64,000 bases of DNA from Amoebophrya sp. A120 (lineage: Eukaryota > Protista > Dinoflagellata). A program made the position numbers and the translations under genes. Below are positions 11,083 to 26,000 of the stretch, one piece after another (position 1 is the stretch's first letter; each line of letters begins with the position of its first letter). The notes below the pieces were generated by a model. It had not been told where the DNA came from. It saw only the letters and a program-made list of their open reading frames with translations, and ran no database searches. The stretch spans positions 62,001 through 126,000 of the forward strand of contig CAJINV010000022.1 in the NCBI GenBank assembly GCA_905178155.1. Reading direction: 5' to 3'.

Positions 11083-12946
11083 ATGCGTTCAAGTTCATGT
11101 TCATCCTCGTCAACCGCGACGTTTCGGACAGACGACGTCCACCACGGTCTAGAAAACCATTCCGCCACCATACCGGGGCTTTTCGTCGTCAGAAATGTGT
11201 TTGGTTCAGCAACTACATCCGGGAGAAAGAGGAAAAACATCGTTGAAAGTAATACGCCCTCATCTTCCGGTTCTCGTGCACCAGAAAATAAACAAGAAGA
11301 GCTGGAACAAGCAGGGGTAGGAACAAAAACAGCAGCATCTTCTTGTAATTCCACAGCTTTGAATGCTGCTTTGCGAGAGTGCCGGAAGCTGCTCCTGGAG
11401 ACCGAGAATTCAGATGCGTCGTTGTGGAGAGACAGTGAAGCGAACCAATGTGCTGATGTTCTCGAAAACAGGCACGACATTTTTGTGAGGGACCACTGCG
11501 ACAAAAAGGAGACGACCTCGCTCGTTTCCAGTAGGACATCAGCAACAGAGGCCCCCGACTGCACTGCGTCAACCGATAATTATATGAAAACCAGCTGCAA
11601 AAACGAAAAGAACCAGCAGTACATGCATTTTGGCACGCTGCCACCCTGGGTCACGCACGGGTTGATAGAAAACGGATTGATACGAAAAATCGAAGAATTT
11701 ACGAACGCCACTTTTTCCAGCGAGGCTACGCCTATGCATTACAAATCAGATTATTATCGTACTCGTATAGATGCATTACAAATTTCCTCAGCATGAGAAA
11801 TCAAATTTGTTATGCGAATGAGCCTTAAGATAAAAATTTGTAATGCATGACTGCAAGAATACGAGTACGATACTTTTGCACAGGATAACGCCCTGGGAGG
11901 AGCTGCTGACAGAGTTTTTCGACGGTGAAGAGAAAGTGGAAAGGTTCAACTCGATGATTGTCAACCAGTACCACCCGACAAAGGCTCAGATCCAGCACCT
12001 CGGAGGTGGCGCAGGAGAGCCTAGTGAAGATGGTTGTCATCATCTGGCGTCATCATCTTCCTCTGCTTCTTTTTCTCGGCAAGATTTGAACCACACGGGT
12101 CTACTTCGTAGTACAACTTGTGGTCGAGGACAAGTTCTCGTGGAGCAGCTTTGTGAAAATGCGGGAACTCGTAGTACACGAAGAGGTGGAGCAGGACGAG
12201 AAGAAGAAGACCGGTACGCCATTCGGCCACACGTGGACCTTTTGAAGTTTGGTCCCTGCGTATGAGAGTGGACAAGCACGACTCCCCCGCTTCCTCATTT
12301 GATGAATCATGCATCTGCACTAGAAGTTAGTCCAATGCATTGACTGTAGTACCATCGCGCGGGCTTGGTCCTCGGCAACTTGTCATGCAAACCCGGCCGA
12401 GATGAACAGAACAGAACAATAACTAACATGAAGCAACCGCTGCATGATTTTTCGGTCGTGTTTGCCTCACAATTAAACAGGGAGAGTCGTGCGCAACTCT
12501 CATACTGTGTCGTCGGCTTCAACATTTTAGATGACGAAGTAAATGGCAGTGTGCTACGGTTCCACGAGATTCTTCCGCGACGCCTGGAATCTGCCGCTGC
12601 TGTCGCATCGGGAATTAGTAGTTCTTGTACCAGCGACGGTTGTTGTACCAGTGCCGATCCTACTGTCGTGTGCGACGAAAAAGAAAATTATGCTAGTAGT
12701 TCCAACAGTCATGCTGCTACTGGTGAAGAGAACAATGGACCGCCGCTCCTGCAGTCCTGCCAAGTGCTTCCTGGAGAGGAGCAAAACCTGGTAGAACAGG
12801 GGCGCATTGGAAGCATACTACTGGACGTTTTTCTCAAGCCAGGAGACTGCTACATCCTCACGCGGGAAGCCAGATACGCATGCGCGCACTCCATTTTGCC
12901 GGTTATGGGTGAGAGAATCTCCGTAACCGTGCGGGCATGTTCTTGA
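11083..12946 (+). CDS. AlkB-family 2OG-Fe(II) dioxygenase (~484 aa), 2 introners
   Basis: After removing 11733-11887 and 12261-12504: PGLFVVRNVF, FNSMIVNQY, IRPHVD (HxD), LKPGDCYILTREARYACAHSI (distal His), RISVTVR (RxxxxxR). Confidence 0.9.
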
Positions 12947-14026
12947 CAGCCTTGCTTTTATTGCTTCTCCTGCTAGCACGGACGGAAATTGAGTAGTAAG
13001 AACCCAGGTTATTTTCGTTTTGATACGGGAAAGAAAAGACTAAGACAGATCGTCCCGCCGTGCAGTTGCATGGATCATGTAGTATGAAGACGGGCCTCCA
13101 TCTGACTCCCGCTGGTGAGGCGGACTGCTGTGTTCTCTGCGCCCTATTTGAAGATTCTCATACAAAAAAATCGGTCAACGAAGTTGGAATTCAATTTATC
13201 AACACGGAAGAGTAATGGTGTAAGCAGCCTGAAGCTGAAGTGCTGCTTCACATAGTATGTAAAGAGAGTAACACCTAGCACCAAAACAGTACTCAATCTC
13301 TGACCGGCGTCTGTGAACAGTTGGAGTTGACGTAGCTACCAATCGACAAAGCACTTCGGTTTAGGTTTGAACAAGCCAATGGACCTTTTCGAGCACTGGA
13401 AGTTGTACGTGATTACAAGTCTGCAATTTTCGCAGCTCGGTTGCAGTCCAGGAGAGAGCGGATGTATTGCTCAACATGTTGTGCCCTTGGTATACAGTAG
13501 GAACATGTCTCTTCATCTCGGTCGTGCCATGAAAATAATGCAATGCGGCTTTCGGTGCAGCTTGACGGCAAGTGATAGTAGAGGTGTAGAAGTATCATGA
13601 CAACTGTGTGTAAGTAGTGCTTTGCTCTGTTGCTGTAGTGTCTTGTCAAAATCATCCATCTCATCAGCGGGGCTCTTGCGTTCTTCAAGAAGGGCTAAAA
13701 TGTTTATCTCGAACCCGATAAAAAAAAGATTGTACGACCCCCAACGGTAGAGTTTCGATTCCTTTTACAGCTGAAAGATTGCTGTAAAAATGGACGATAT
13801 ATCAATATCTTTTGAGTAGCACTACCTAACTAGATCGCAAAAGCTTCACCTCTTTCGGTTTTAGAAATTTACTTGCAGAAAGTAAAAAGCTAATAACGTA
13901 CAACTTCTTTATCATCTGAATCGACTAAAAATTTTTTACAACACATTTAACAAAATCAAAATCCGCCTATACTACAGCTTTGACTTTATTGTAAAACTAC
14001 ACTTCTTCAAAAACAAAAACAGCAAC

Positions 14027-17000
14027 ATGTCTGGAACAACTTATAGTAGCTATTTTTCAAAGAGGATTATGTACTACTTTCCGCTCTTCCTCTTGATTTT
14101 TGTCACTTTTCTCTCCTGTTTGTCGTTGTGGCAAGTTCTGGGTGGCTCGGTGGTTGCTACAGCACCGGAAAATACTGCGGACCACAGTGCGGCGACGGGA
14201 GCTCTGAACAACATTTTTGTGGATGAAAGTACAACGAGAATAAAGCATGAACATGAAGCTTCCGCGCCGCTATGAAAGCCTCAGGTTGGAAATCCTCAAA
14301 CTGGAAATAATTTGTAATGCAAAAAAACGACGCCAGTTGAAGCGCCATTTGTACTTGGCGCATGACAAATTTCCCGGACACTTAGAGCATGTCTGTCATG
14401 CAGGTTAAGGCAAAGGAGTGCTCTTCTGTCGTGCTAATCAGCACCTCAATTCTTCGCCCCTAGCAGGACAATAGTCGGCCTCCATTGCGTTCTCTGCAAT
14501 ACAGTTTTTTTGGTGTAGCATTTCATGCATCACAAATCATTTCCACTTTGAGGATTTCCATTCTGAGGCTTCCATAGCCGCGGTCCGCAGAGGCCCGCCG
14601 GTTTTTGTGGGGCAACATTGACTGGAGTTCCTGGTGGGGGGGAGCAAGCGCAAGCACCAAACCATCTTCTTCGTCGGATGAACAAGAGAAAAAAGAAAAC
14701 GAGAAAGACTCGTCCTCCGACTGGTGGAACTGGGATTGGAGTAGGGAAAAGGATGATAACGCCAAATACGGTGATGAGGATCAGAAATTATCCTGGGACG
14801 ATTTTCACGCAGGTACAAGTTCATCTCTCGAAAACAAAGCCAAGGACTGGGCCGAGGATGTCGCGAAGGACACGCTGAAAGGTCATGCGGACAATTTGAA
14901 ATCGACCGTGGAGGAGAAGAAAAAAGACGTGAAGTCGACTATCGAAACCCACGTGGAAAACGCTAAGTCGAGTTTGAAGGAGCATTATGTTGACTCAGCG
15001 AATAAATCGAATGTCAAGACCCAGCTGCAAGAAAAGGAAAAGCTGCACGGGAGCGAAGGAAAGGATAACAAGGGAGGTCAAGGAGAGAAAGAGAACACGA
15101 AGCCGAAGGAAAACAATACTCCCACGACCTCCGCTAATGTGTCCACCCGAACTTCGTCAAATTGGAACGAAGACGGGCCCTACGCCGGGCAGGGGTACAA
15201 TCCCCCAGCAGACGTGCGGCAGAACAGCCTCTGCGTGGTTACCGCTTGTCAGGAATACGAGGCGGGAAGATGGGACTCCGATTGCTGCTCGCACCCCAGT
15301 TCTGCTTTTTGCGCGCCCGGACACCGGTACGAGGTCGGGGCGGAGGGATGTGGGTGGGGGTTGACAATGGGGCAGAGGTCCACGTGCTGTGTTATGGACA
15401 GTGCTTTTATGCAATACAAATTTTCTATTTATTCCCGTACACGTACAGCGAGTATGCACCGAGCATGACAAGTTTTTAGCTACTTCTTAGAAGCCGACAC
15501 TTGTGATGCTAAATAAACGATACCCAGAGGACCCACAGAGGATTTTTTTCTTCCAAGAATACGAATTTGTAGTTGTACGTGGAGTGTGGAAAGAAAATCC
15601 CTTTTACCATCGTGATAGCTTTTCCAAACGGAGACACGGGGAGGACGACGAGAGATCAATCCTCAACGTGGGCCTCGACGACTGATAAAGGTACCGGCAA
15701 TATGAACTGCAAAAGTATCGTACTCGTACAAATGCATGACAAATTCCCTCAGCATGAGAGATAAAATTTGTAATGCGGGTTTACCTTGAGAAAAAAATTT
15801 GTAATGCATGATCGCAATACGAGTGCGATACTTTTGCACAGGATAGGCAAAGGAAGTGAGCAACCTTCTGCAACTCCTGGAACTTCTAACGACCCAAACA
15901 GTCCGGCCGAGAACTTTTCAAACAAAGGCACTGGTAAAGGAAGTGCTCCTTCACCTTCTCAGCCAACAAGTAGTGGCAGTGCCACTTCTGGCACTCCACC
16001 TTCCGCGTCGTCGTCGTGTAAATGGGCGTACGGGACAACATCCACACCCGCACCGACCACGACGAATTCCATCGGTGTTGTCCGTATCATCGGCGACAGC
16101 TGTCTGGACGGACAGGGCGTGCAGCAGGGTCTGGCGGAAACGCTTGAAACCACCGTGGCGAACTGCGCCCGAGGCGGCGTATGCACGGCAAAAGTATACG
16201 TGTTTGTATAAATGCATTAGAAATTTCTTCAGCATGAGAAATAGAGTTTGTAATGCGAATTTACGTCAACAAGCAGACTTGTAATGCATGGCTGCAATTA
16301 CTACGAGTGCGATACTTCTGCAGTTCATACGGCGCGACGCTGGGCGACATTTACCATCGGCAAACCCCCTGCTCCGCGGACCCGAACTGTCCGACCTGGA
16401 GCATTGTGGGCGGTGGGCGAAACGGAGTGGGGAATAATTATAACATGGACGCTGTCACGGGAACCACGACTACATCCAAGCTCGCGGCCATGAGGCAGAT
16501 CGTGGATCGGGAAGTCCATAGCGGTAGGAAAGTGATCCTCTTCCTCTACCCCCCTGATAACGCGACTGTCGATCCGGATTCCCCCGTGAACTCGTTTCAG
16601 GATGAGTTTAAAGCGAATCTCGTCGACAATCAAATATGAGAGTGCGCAACTCCCCCTCCCCCTCATTTGTCATGCAAAATTCCAAATCCACCCTTCGCCT
16701 GTTGGCACTGTTTGCATGACAAGCAAGTACATTATATCTTGCCTCACTTTTTAAGAGGGGTTTTTTCGTAGTTGGGACTGTGCCATAGTAGATCCTTTAC
16801 CGCTTTTTTACTTTTCTTTTATCCCTTGGCGCTGGTGGGTCTGCCGGCAAAATTATCCCTACTCAGATAGCTACAAAGCTCATCCCGCAGCCGTCCCAGG
16901 AGCTTTTGTAGCTGTCTCTCGGTAGAGATCGCTTTGTCCGTGCTTATTCCGCTCAGAGTTTGCTGGGTAGGTGGTTACCGTTTGTAGCTTTTATAAAGAA

Positions 17001-20000
17001 ATGGGACGCCCTGCCCTTAGCCTTCCAACATGACAGACTCCGGAATCCAAAACAGCACTGCAGTCCCCTAGGAATTTGTCATGCAAAAGCTGCATCTTTG
17101 CCAGTGCTTGTGTTGCTGTTCATGCAACACAAATGAGGGGGAGGGGGAGTTGTGCACTCTCATATCAAAGCGTGTTCCTTTACGACCCGCGGGAAGACGT
17201 CCGATTCGCCTTCAACGACCCGGCCAGCCGACAGTACCTATGCATGGCAGAAGTGTCTCGGTCTGGAAGGTTGCAACATGTCATGCTATGTCTGGACTGT
17301 GAGAAAATCCTGTGTTGCATGGTTACCAAAAGTTGTCTATATATTTTTGACCACTCAGCGAGGAAGTTTCTCATGCGGGCTAGGCATGAGAAAGCTCATC
17401 TCACAGAATCTGTCATGCTATGTCCTGCACGCCAGACCTCATGGGTCATGGGAAACCTGCGTGACAAGTCTCCCAATCTCCCAGACCCGGACATATTTGC
17501 ATTTGATAGTACCGCGCGGCGGATAACTCGCACCCGAGCGAACTAGCGAGGTTGGAGATGGGCCGTGATGTGGGGAAAATGATTCGGAAATTGATGGATA
17601 CTTCGGGTGGAATTGTGGGCGGTGGCGAGGGTACTCCGTACGTGCCGCCAACTGGAGGAGCTCCTGCACTGGACGCAGCCAACCCGAGCACCGAGAAAGG
17701 CACGGGGAAGGGAGCTGATACGCAGATGCCCTCCAATACCGGCGGGAATGACATGCCACCAGCGGGTTCTGACGAGACAAATAAAGGCACGGGGAAGGGC
17801 GGTGACACGCAGATGATGCCACCCAGCACTGGTGGGAGTATGCCCCCTGCTACAGGCTCTGACCAATCTGACAAGGGCACCGGGAAGGGAGGTGACATGC
17901 AGATGCCGCCTAGCACCGGTGGAAATTACATGTCACCAGCAGGAAGTTCTACTGACCAGACAAACAAGGGCACTGGAAAAGGCGACACGCAGATGCCACC
18001 CAGCACCGGTGCTGGGAATGATTTGATGCCCCCAACAACCGGCTCCAATGATGGCCCTACAACTGACAAGGGCACGGGGAAAGGCGAAAGCCCTAGTAGC
18101 CCGCCCACCACTGGAACCATGCCGGGCACGGGTTCTGGTGACGCAAGCAAGGGAACGGGCAAAGGGGTACTTACTTATTTATTTTTCAACTACTTTGTCA
18201 TGCCTGCTGCTGCTACGGCTTTGCAAAACGAAACTTTCCGACTCTGTCATGTATGTTGATACAACTTGGCAAAAGAGAAATCGAAGATCTAAAACCCAAC
18301 CATCATTCACAATCAACAGTCCGCCCCCGGAGCAGGCGGACCCGGCGGCTCTTCCCCCGCGACCACTTGCACCAATCGTCCCTGCGCCGCCCCGCTTCTC
18401 GGTGACATTGCTTTCACAACCAGGAATGGAGTCGTGAATAACCAAGTTGTCCACCCGGCCGGGGAAAATATCTACGGCCCCTTTGAGGCCGGGTTCGGCG
18501 CGCAGCAGAATTTCATCCTGGAGCAGCTCGGTTGCGCAAACGGGAACGACGGGCATGTGGATGGGGGAATCGACACGCATATGGATTGCAAAAGTATCGT
18601 ACTAGTACAAATAGCATTACAAATTAACTCAGCATTACAAATGAAATTTGTAATGCTGTTTGACCTTGGGAGCGAGATTTGTCATGCATTGCAAAGCAAT
18701 TACTACAAGTGCGATACTTTTGCAGTTCATAACGCACTTGGCGGAGCAATTAGTTGCATTTCAATGCAACATTGACTTGCCCCGGTACGACCACAGTACA
18801 ACAAATTCTGCCGGCGAGTACATTTCTCTTCTCGACGATATGGCGTTCTCAAACGTTACATTCTGAATTGTTACACGTTTTGTCATGCAGATTTACAATC
18901 AGAATCGACACGATGAAGCTGCTTCGCATGACAAATTCTCGAAGAGCCAAACAGGCTGGGAATCTGTGCCAAATCTGTCATGCAAGACACGCAAGGCCAC
19001 CCCTTTCACTTTTGCCATTCCTGCATCACAAACTCATGTAACAGCTGAGAGTGTAACAGTTGAGAGCGCCATAGACGAGTGCGGCGGACACACGCGCGAA
19101 TACCACTTCCACGAGAGACTCAGCTGCTTGTACGAGTCGGGGTTTGGAACCAGTGGGGTCTACCATTCGGTAGCAATCGGTGCCGAGGCTGGTACTAGTT
19201 CCTCTGCTGGTGATGGTACAACTTCTAGTAGAAAGCAACTGTACGGCAAATTCGAAAACACAGAACAGGGTTTGTTACCGAACCTCGACGCCTGCAACGG
19301 TATGCACTGCAAATATGTCTGGGTCTGAAAACTTGTGATGCTAAAATGTGGATGATGGAAACACTTTCGAATGCAGCCCAGCATGACAACTTTCCAGAGC
19401 GCTTTCTCATAGGCAGTCCGCATGAGAAACTGCGTACAAAAGAGGCCGCGACTCTTGTTGGTTATGCAGTACAGATTTCCTAGCTATGAAAAGCTAGCAT
19501 TACAAATTCCAACTTTCCAGACCCAGACATATTTGCATTTGATAAACGGGCATTTCGGCACCACCCCGGATAGCAACAACGAAGTCGTTTATCATTATCA
19601 CGTGACGGAGCGTCCGCCTTTCACGATTGATATGACAGTGCACAACTCGTCTCCCTCCCCCCCATTTGTCATGCAAAACCCCAAATCCAAGTGCTTCCCT
19701 TTGGCACTGTTTGCATGACAGATTCGTCCAGAAGCCCAAACAGTACTACTTACACGAGGCGCGTCGCAAATTTGTCATGCACAGGCTCCACGTGTGCTGG
19801 TGTTTGTATTGCTGTTCATGCAATACAAATGAGGGGGAGGGGGAGTTGTGCAATCTCATAACTGGCTGCTACGGCCCGGAATACGGCACGGAGACCCTCG
19901 CAACCACGGGGGAAATCATCCAAGTCGAGAAGCTTGTGACGCTATGCATTGCAAATATGTCTGGTTCTGGAAACTTGTCATGCTGGGTGGCGTATCATGA

Positions 20001-23000
20001 GGAGGCCACAATTACTGGCTCAGCATGACAAGTTTCTGAGCTCCTTCTAGGTGTTGCCTATTCTGCATGACAAACTGCGTCTCTACTGCATAACAGAAAA
20101 GTGGGGCTCTTGGGCAATGTGCGTGACAGATTTAAGAGTCATGCCAGACAAGCATGACGAACGTGCATTCTTCCAGACCCAGACATATTTGCACTTGATA
20201 GACGCTGGAAAAGTGTCGCAGCTTGTACAGTGGGTGCGGGTCGACTCCGGTGACGCTGACGGTTCGAAATGCGGCTGGGTATCAAATGCAAATATGTCAT
20301 CTGGCTCTGGAATGTTGCAGGACTTGTCATGCAGGTTTTCCATGACCCATCAGGTCTGGAATGCGAGACCCAGCATGACAGATTCTCTGAGGTCTCTATC
20401 ATGCCTTTCCTGCACGAGAAACTCCCTCTCAACTTGGTCAAAAGCGGACAGCTTTTGGCACTCACGCAGCACAGATTTTTGCATCATTCAGATTTAGCAT
20501 GACAAGTTTTAATCTTCCAGACCCAGACATTTGCAATGCATACTGGGACTGCGGAGCGGATTCCTTACCGGAAGTGGTGTCCGTGTTACGACCAGAACGG
20601 ATCGAACGTTGGGAATGCAGAGTTGAAAGTCTTTGCTGGAGCTGACGTGACGCAGATGAAAAGTGTTGCAGCAGTGCCCGGCGCTCCGATTTATGCGACA
20701 CTGCCGCCGGCACCTGCAACGACTGCTGTTCCCCCAGCAACGACTGCTGTTCCCCCAGCGGCGCCTCCGGTCGCCACAGCAGCGCCACCAGTCGCCACAG
20801 CGGCACCACCAGTCGCCACAGCAGCGCCTCCGATCGTGGTAACGACAGCCGCTCCACCCTCCCCACCGATTCTGCCGCCGCCGTCCATTAAGGGCTTCGT
20901 CACTGTCGCCGGGAATAACAAGTGGGGCGGGGTGCATCCGAGTATGTGCATGCGGGCGGCGTTCGGAGGGGACGTCACGACTAACTCCCACGAGCTGATT
21001 GCCGACAAAGCGAATGTGCGGTGTTGCTCGGTCGATGAGAAAGGCAAGATCAAGATGGACAAGTATGGTGGGACTAGACACGGAAGGGACGTCTGCGAAG
21101 ATTTGAAAGACATGCCGTTTGAAAAAGCCCGGCACCACTGCGTTTCGCACGGCTTCCGGCTCTGCACACAGGAGGAACTGGAGGAAAACCGAGCCGCCGG
21201 CACCGGCTGTTTGTTCGACCGGACCCGCGTCTGGTCCTTATGCATTGCAGATATGTCTGGGCCTGGAAGAGTGCAAACTTGTGATGCGCATTTCACAACA
21301 CATAAAAATCTCTCATGCATAGGCAGCAAAACCAAAAGAAGTTACCCACTTTCTGTCACGAAAGTCGGGCATTTGTCATGCGGATTCGGCATTGCGGAGG
21401 CTTGTCGAAACCTGTGATGCGAGAGCTTCCATGCCAGCCCTCCTGTGTCATGCAAAAGCAGCATGACTCTTACAGACCCAGACGACATATTTGCAATTCA
21501 TAGTCCTCGACTCAGTGCGATTTGTCCAAGGACTGCGGTTGCGACGTGACCAGCGACACCCAGCCGGTTTGCGGCAAAAATGGACAGACGTTCAAAAACC
21601 GGTGTCTCGCGATGTGCAAGCAGTATCCAGTGCAAAAGTATCGTACTAGTATAAATCGCATTACAAATCAGCTCAGCATTACAAATCAAACCTGTAATGC
21701 TGTTTTACCTCAGGAGAGAGATTTGTCATGCATAACAGCAATTACTACGAGTGCGATACTTTTGCAATTCATAAGCAAGTCGAGGTGGCGAGCCTCGGGC
21801 CCTGTGCGTTCGCCGGGGAGCGGGTTGTCACCGTGGTCGGGATATCAAATGCAAAAATGTCTGCGTCTGTGAGGATGCGAACTTGTAATGCTGCACCTGG
21901 ATTCTACAAAAATCTGTGTTGCGTGAACAGCAAAAGAGGTCCAATTTTTGCCACTGCGAGAGGGCATTTCTCATGCGGTATACGCATCAGGAAGCCCTCA
22001 CAAAATCTGTGATGCTAGGGCATGCACCACAGACATCTGGACCCATGCTAAATGTGCATGACAAACCTTGCCTCCTTCCAGACCCAGACATATTTGCATC
22101 TGATAGGGGAATAAAAAGTTCAACGAACTAATCCCCTCGTATTGCACCGTCGCGCAGGAGAAGGCTAATGTCCGTTGCTGCAGCAAGGACGGGAGCGGAA
22201 AGATCAAGATGGGGGAGTACGGCGGGGTGAGCCAGGGACGGGATGTCTGCGATGATTTGAAAGACATGACATTCCCCGAGGCGGAGCAACACTGCGAGGC
22301 ACACGGGTTCCGGCTCTGTAAGCAAGATGAGCTTGAGTCGAACCGTGCGGCGGGCACGGGGTGCATGTTTGATGTCACCCGAGTTTGGTCCAAGACCAAG
22401 TGCGGCGGACCGGAAGAGTGCTACTGTTCGTTGGATGAAACAGAGTACGGCCCGGTCTGCGGGTCGGACAACAACACGGACAAAAACGAGTGTTTGGCAA
22501 AGTGTAAAAATGCCAAAGTGCAGCATCTCGGGTCTTGCTCCGCTAGTCTGCCGAAATTAGTCACCTTGGCCGGCAACAAGCGGTGGAGCAACAGAAACCC
22601 GAAAATGTGCGCCGCCGCGGACGCGAAAGCGAACATTCGGTGCTGCGGGGAAAAGAAAATCACCATGGACAAGTATGGCGGGACTAAGAAGGGCAGGGAT
22701 GTCTGCGATGATTATGAACTGCAAAAGTATCGTACCTACTAGTATAAATCGCATGACAAATAATTTCCTCAGCATGAGAAATTAAGTTTGTGATGCGGGT
22801 TTACGTAAAGAAAACAATTTGTAATGCATGTCTGCGATTACTACTAGTACGATACTTTTGCAATGCATAACGATCTGAAGCAAGCGACGTTTTTCGAAGC
22901 CGAGAAGCATTGTACTGATCACGGGTTCCGACTCTGCTCCGAGGAAGAATTGGAAACGAACCGTGCGGCAGGAACCGGGTGCCTTTTTGACCGGACGAGG

Positions 23001-26000
23001 GTATGGTCGAGCAGTACCTGTGACAGTACCGAAGATCCGCCGGTGGCTACTACTTCTCTTCCGCCGCCCCCAGTAACGACCAAAGAACCCCCGGCGCTGT
23101 GTCACTGCACAAAAGAGTACAACCCTGTGTGTGGACTTGACGGCACCACCTACGGCAACCCGTGCATGGCAACGTGTGCCAACGCAGAGATCGCTTACGA
23201 AGGGGAATGTAAGGACGACGACGAGGAGCCGATCTTCACGGGCCCGCCGCCTTGTTACTGCACGGAGGAATATGCACCCGTTTGCGGCCACGATGGGAAG
23301 ACGTACGGTAACTCCTGCAAGGCGGACGGCTGCGGATATGGTCCGGGGGTGGATTTTGTTGGGGAATGCGAAGATGAAAATAACCAAAATAACAACCTCC
23401 CCCCACCCTCCTGGTCGAAGATGCTGCTCGGCGCGAGAGCGCACCTCTCTTCCACGCTCGCGCACTACGAGGCGCAGGCGTGCTTCGACGGGAGACGGAC
23501 GACACTGGATCCGCGAGAGCCGAATTCGGTTTGGGACAAAGCGGCTATGCCGGAAAACGCCCCGAACATCCGGAATTGGGTCCACGACGTTTTCCCGAAC
23601 GTCGCGCACTACGAATCGGGGCTGCCGTGTCGGTATGCACTGCAAAAACATCGTACTCGTACTAAAATGGCGTTTATGCATTACAAATTTTTTTCTTAAG
23701 GCAAATCCGCATTACAAAATTAATTTGTAATGCTACGTCAATTTGTCATGCAATTTGTGCTAGTACAAGTACGACTACGACACTTTTGCAGTTCATACTC
23801 CTTCCGGTTGGGGCCGAAACACCTACATCTTCGCGGAGTACCCCCAAAGAATCGAGGTGACAAACTTCGAAGTGTATCCCTTTATCGAACGGCCGTACCG
23901 GTTAGTCGCGCCGGGGCAGCACCCGATGTGCGACCCGCGACCGAAGATGTTGGAGGTTTCTTCCGGGAGTAGTACAGAAGTAGTTCCGGGATTGGGAACA
24001 ACTTCTACTCCCCCCCTCCGTTTCGGCACCGAGAACCTGCCGAGAGAGTGTCAGTGCGAGATTGGGAAGGACCCGTGCGGAGCGTTAGTTGGCGTCTCCG
24101 ACCGCGTTCCTTGCAACCACCAGAATCCTATCGCAGGAAACAAGTGCTACAGTTACACATTTTGTTGCAGGCCGAGCAAGACAGACCAGCTCTGTCATGC
24201 CGCATATGCATAGGAGTCTTGTTTCATAGGTGTTTTCCTGTAGGATTCCTGCATTGCAAGTTTTCTATCTCATGCAGAGAAATTTGTGTTGCTGAATTGA
24301 CAACAAATGTGTAACTGAAACACTTTTTTCTTGCGATAAATCCTGACGGCTGCAGAGTATCCAACAAGGATGTGACAATTTGCGGGAAAATCGATGTTGT
24401 GGATGTGCAGAAATCGCTGTGGGAGTGGGAAACATTACCAGATGGGACGAAAACTTTAAAAAGACGACGGTGGCCGAAGGGGATTCCGGTCAAGTGTGAC
24501 AAAAATGTCAAGGGGAGATTTGCGTTTCTTTTACTCCCCTCTGGGGAGGTGGAGCGGATGCAGTCTTACCCCGGGCCGACGGGGTTGCGGATTCTGTCCA
24601 TGACAGAATTGTCGGTTTATGGGCGGTTTTTGAACACGACAAGCACGACGACTTTGGCACCTGTTACGACGACGACTTTAGCGCCGACGACAACGACGCC
24701 GGAACCGACGACCACAACACTCGTGCCTACCACTACAACACTGGCGCCTACCACCACGACAACACCCCCGCCAACCACAACCCTGACAAGTACAACCACG
24801 CTGACCAGCACGACGCAAACTTTCACCACGACAAGCACGGTGACGGAAACTAGTACGTCCACGGTGACGACGACTTCTACGGTGACGGAAACGACGACTT
24901 CTACGGTCACGCAAACTACAACCAGTACTGTGACGGAAACAACAACGAGTACCGTGACGCAGACAACAACTTTGCCTGTCACGTACACCACAACGGTGAC
25001 TTCAACGAGCACACAGACCACAACCAGCACCCAGACGACCACCGTGACACAAACGACAACTTCAACCGTGACGCAGACTACGACGGTGACCACAACTACT
25101 CCGGAGCCAACTACGACGACAGTAAAGCCGACGACTACGACTCTTCAGCCGACTACCACAACAGCTGAGCCACCGACGAGCACGATAGTTCCTGAGGAAA
25201 CGACGGCGAAGCCAGTTGTGACTAGTAGTACAAGTACTGCTGCGCCGACTTCTACTACGACTTTGGCGCCGACTTCTACTACGACTTTGGCGCCGACGAC
25301 GACGACGCTGGCGCCGACGACGACGACGTTGACCAGCACCACAACTATCACGACGACGATCACCTTCACCACTACCAGTACGATGACGCAGACCACCACT
25401 TCCACGGTAACGGAGACTACGACCGCTACGGTGACGCAGACCACCACTTCTACGGCCACGCAAACGACGACAATTACGCAGACAACCACTACGAGAGTGC
25501 ACAACTTTCCCTCCCTCTCATTTGCGTTGCATGAACAGCAACACAAGTGCTGGCAAAGATGCAGCTTTTGCATGACAAGTTCCTAGAGGACTGTAGTGCT
25601 GTTTTGGATTCATCCCGAATCTGTCATGCAAGCAGTGCTAACAGGCAAAGGGTGGATTTGGACTTTTGCATGACAAATGAGCGGGAGGGGGAGTTGTGCA
25701 CATTCATAACCACGTCTACCGTGACTCAAACGACAACGTCGACAATGACGCAAACTACAACTAGCACGGCTACGCAAACCACAACCAGCACGGCTACCCA
25801 GACCACAACCAGCACAGTGACTCAGACCACAACCAGCACAGCAACTCAGACCACAACCAGTACAATGACGCAAACGACGACTAGCACAGTGACTCAGACC
25901 ACGACTAGTACGGTTACCCAAACCACGACCCAGACCACAACGCAGACCACAACGCAGACCACAACTCAAACCACAACGCAAACCACGACCCAAACCACCA

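Noticed and set aside
24617-25573. Minus-strand Val-rich and Arg-rich ORFs
   Set aside because: Antisense shadows of the Thr-rich mucin repeats.
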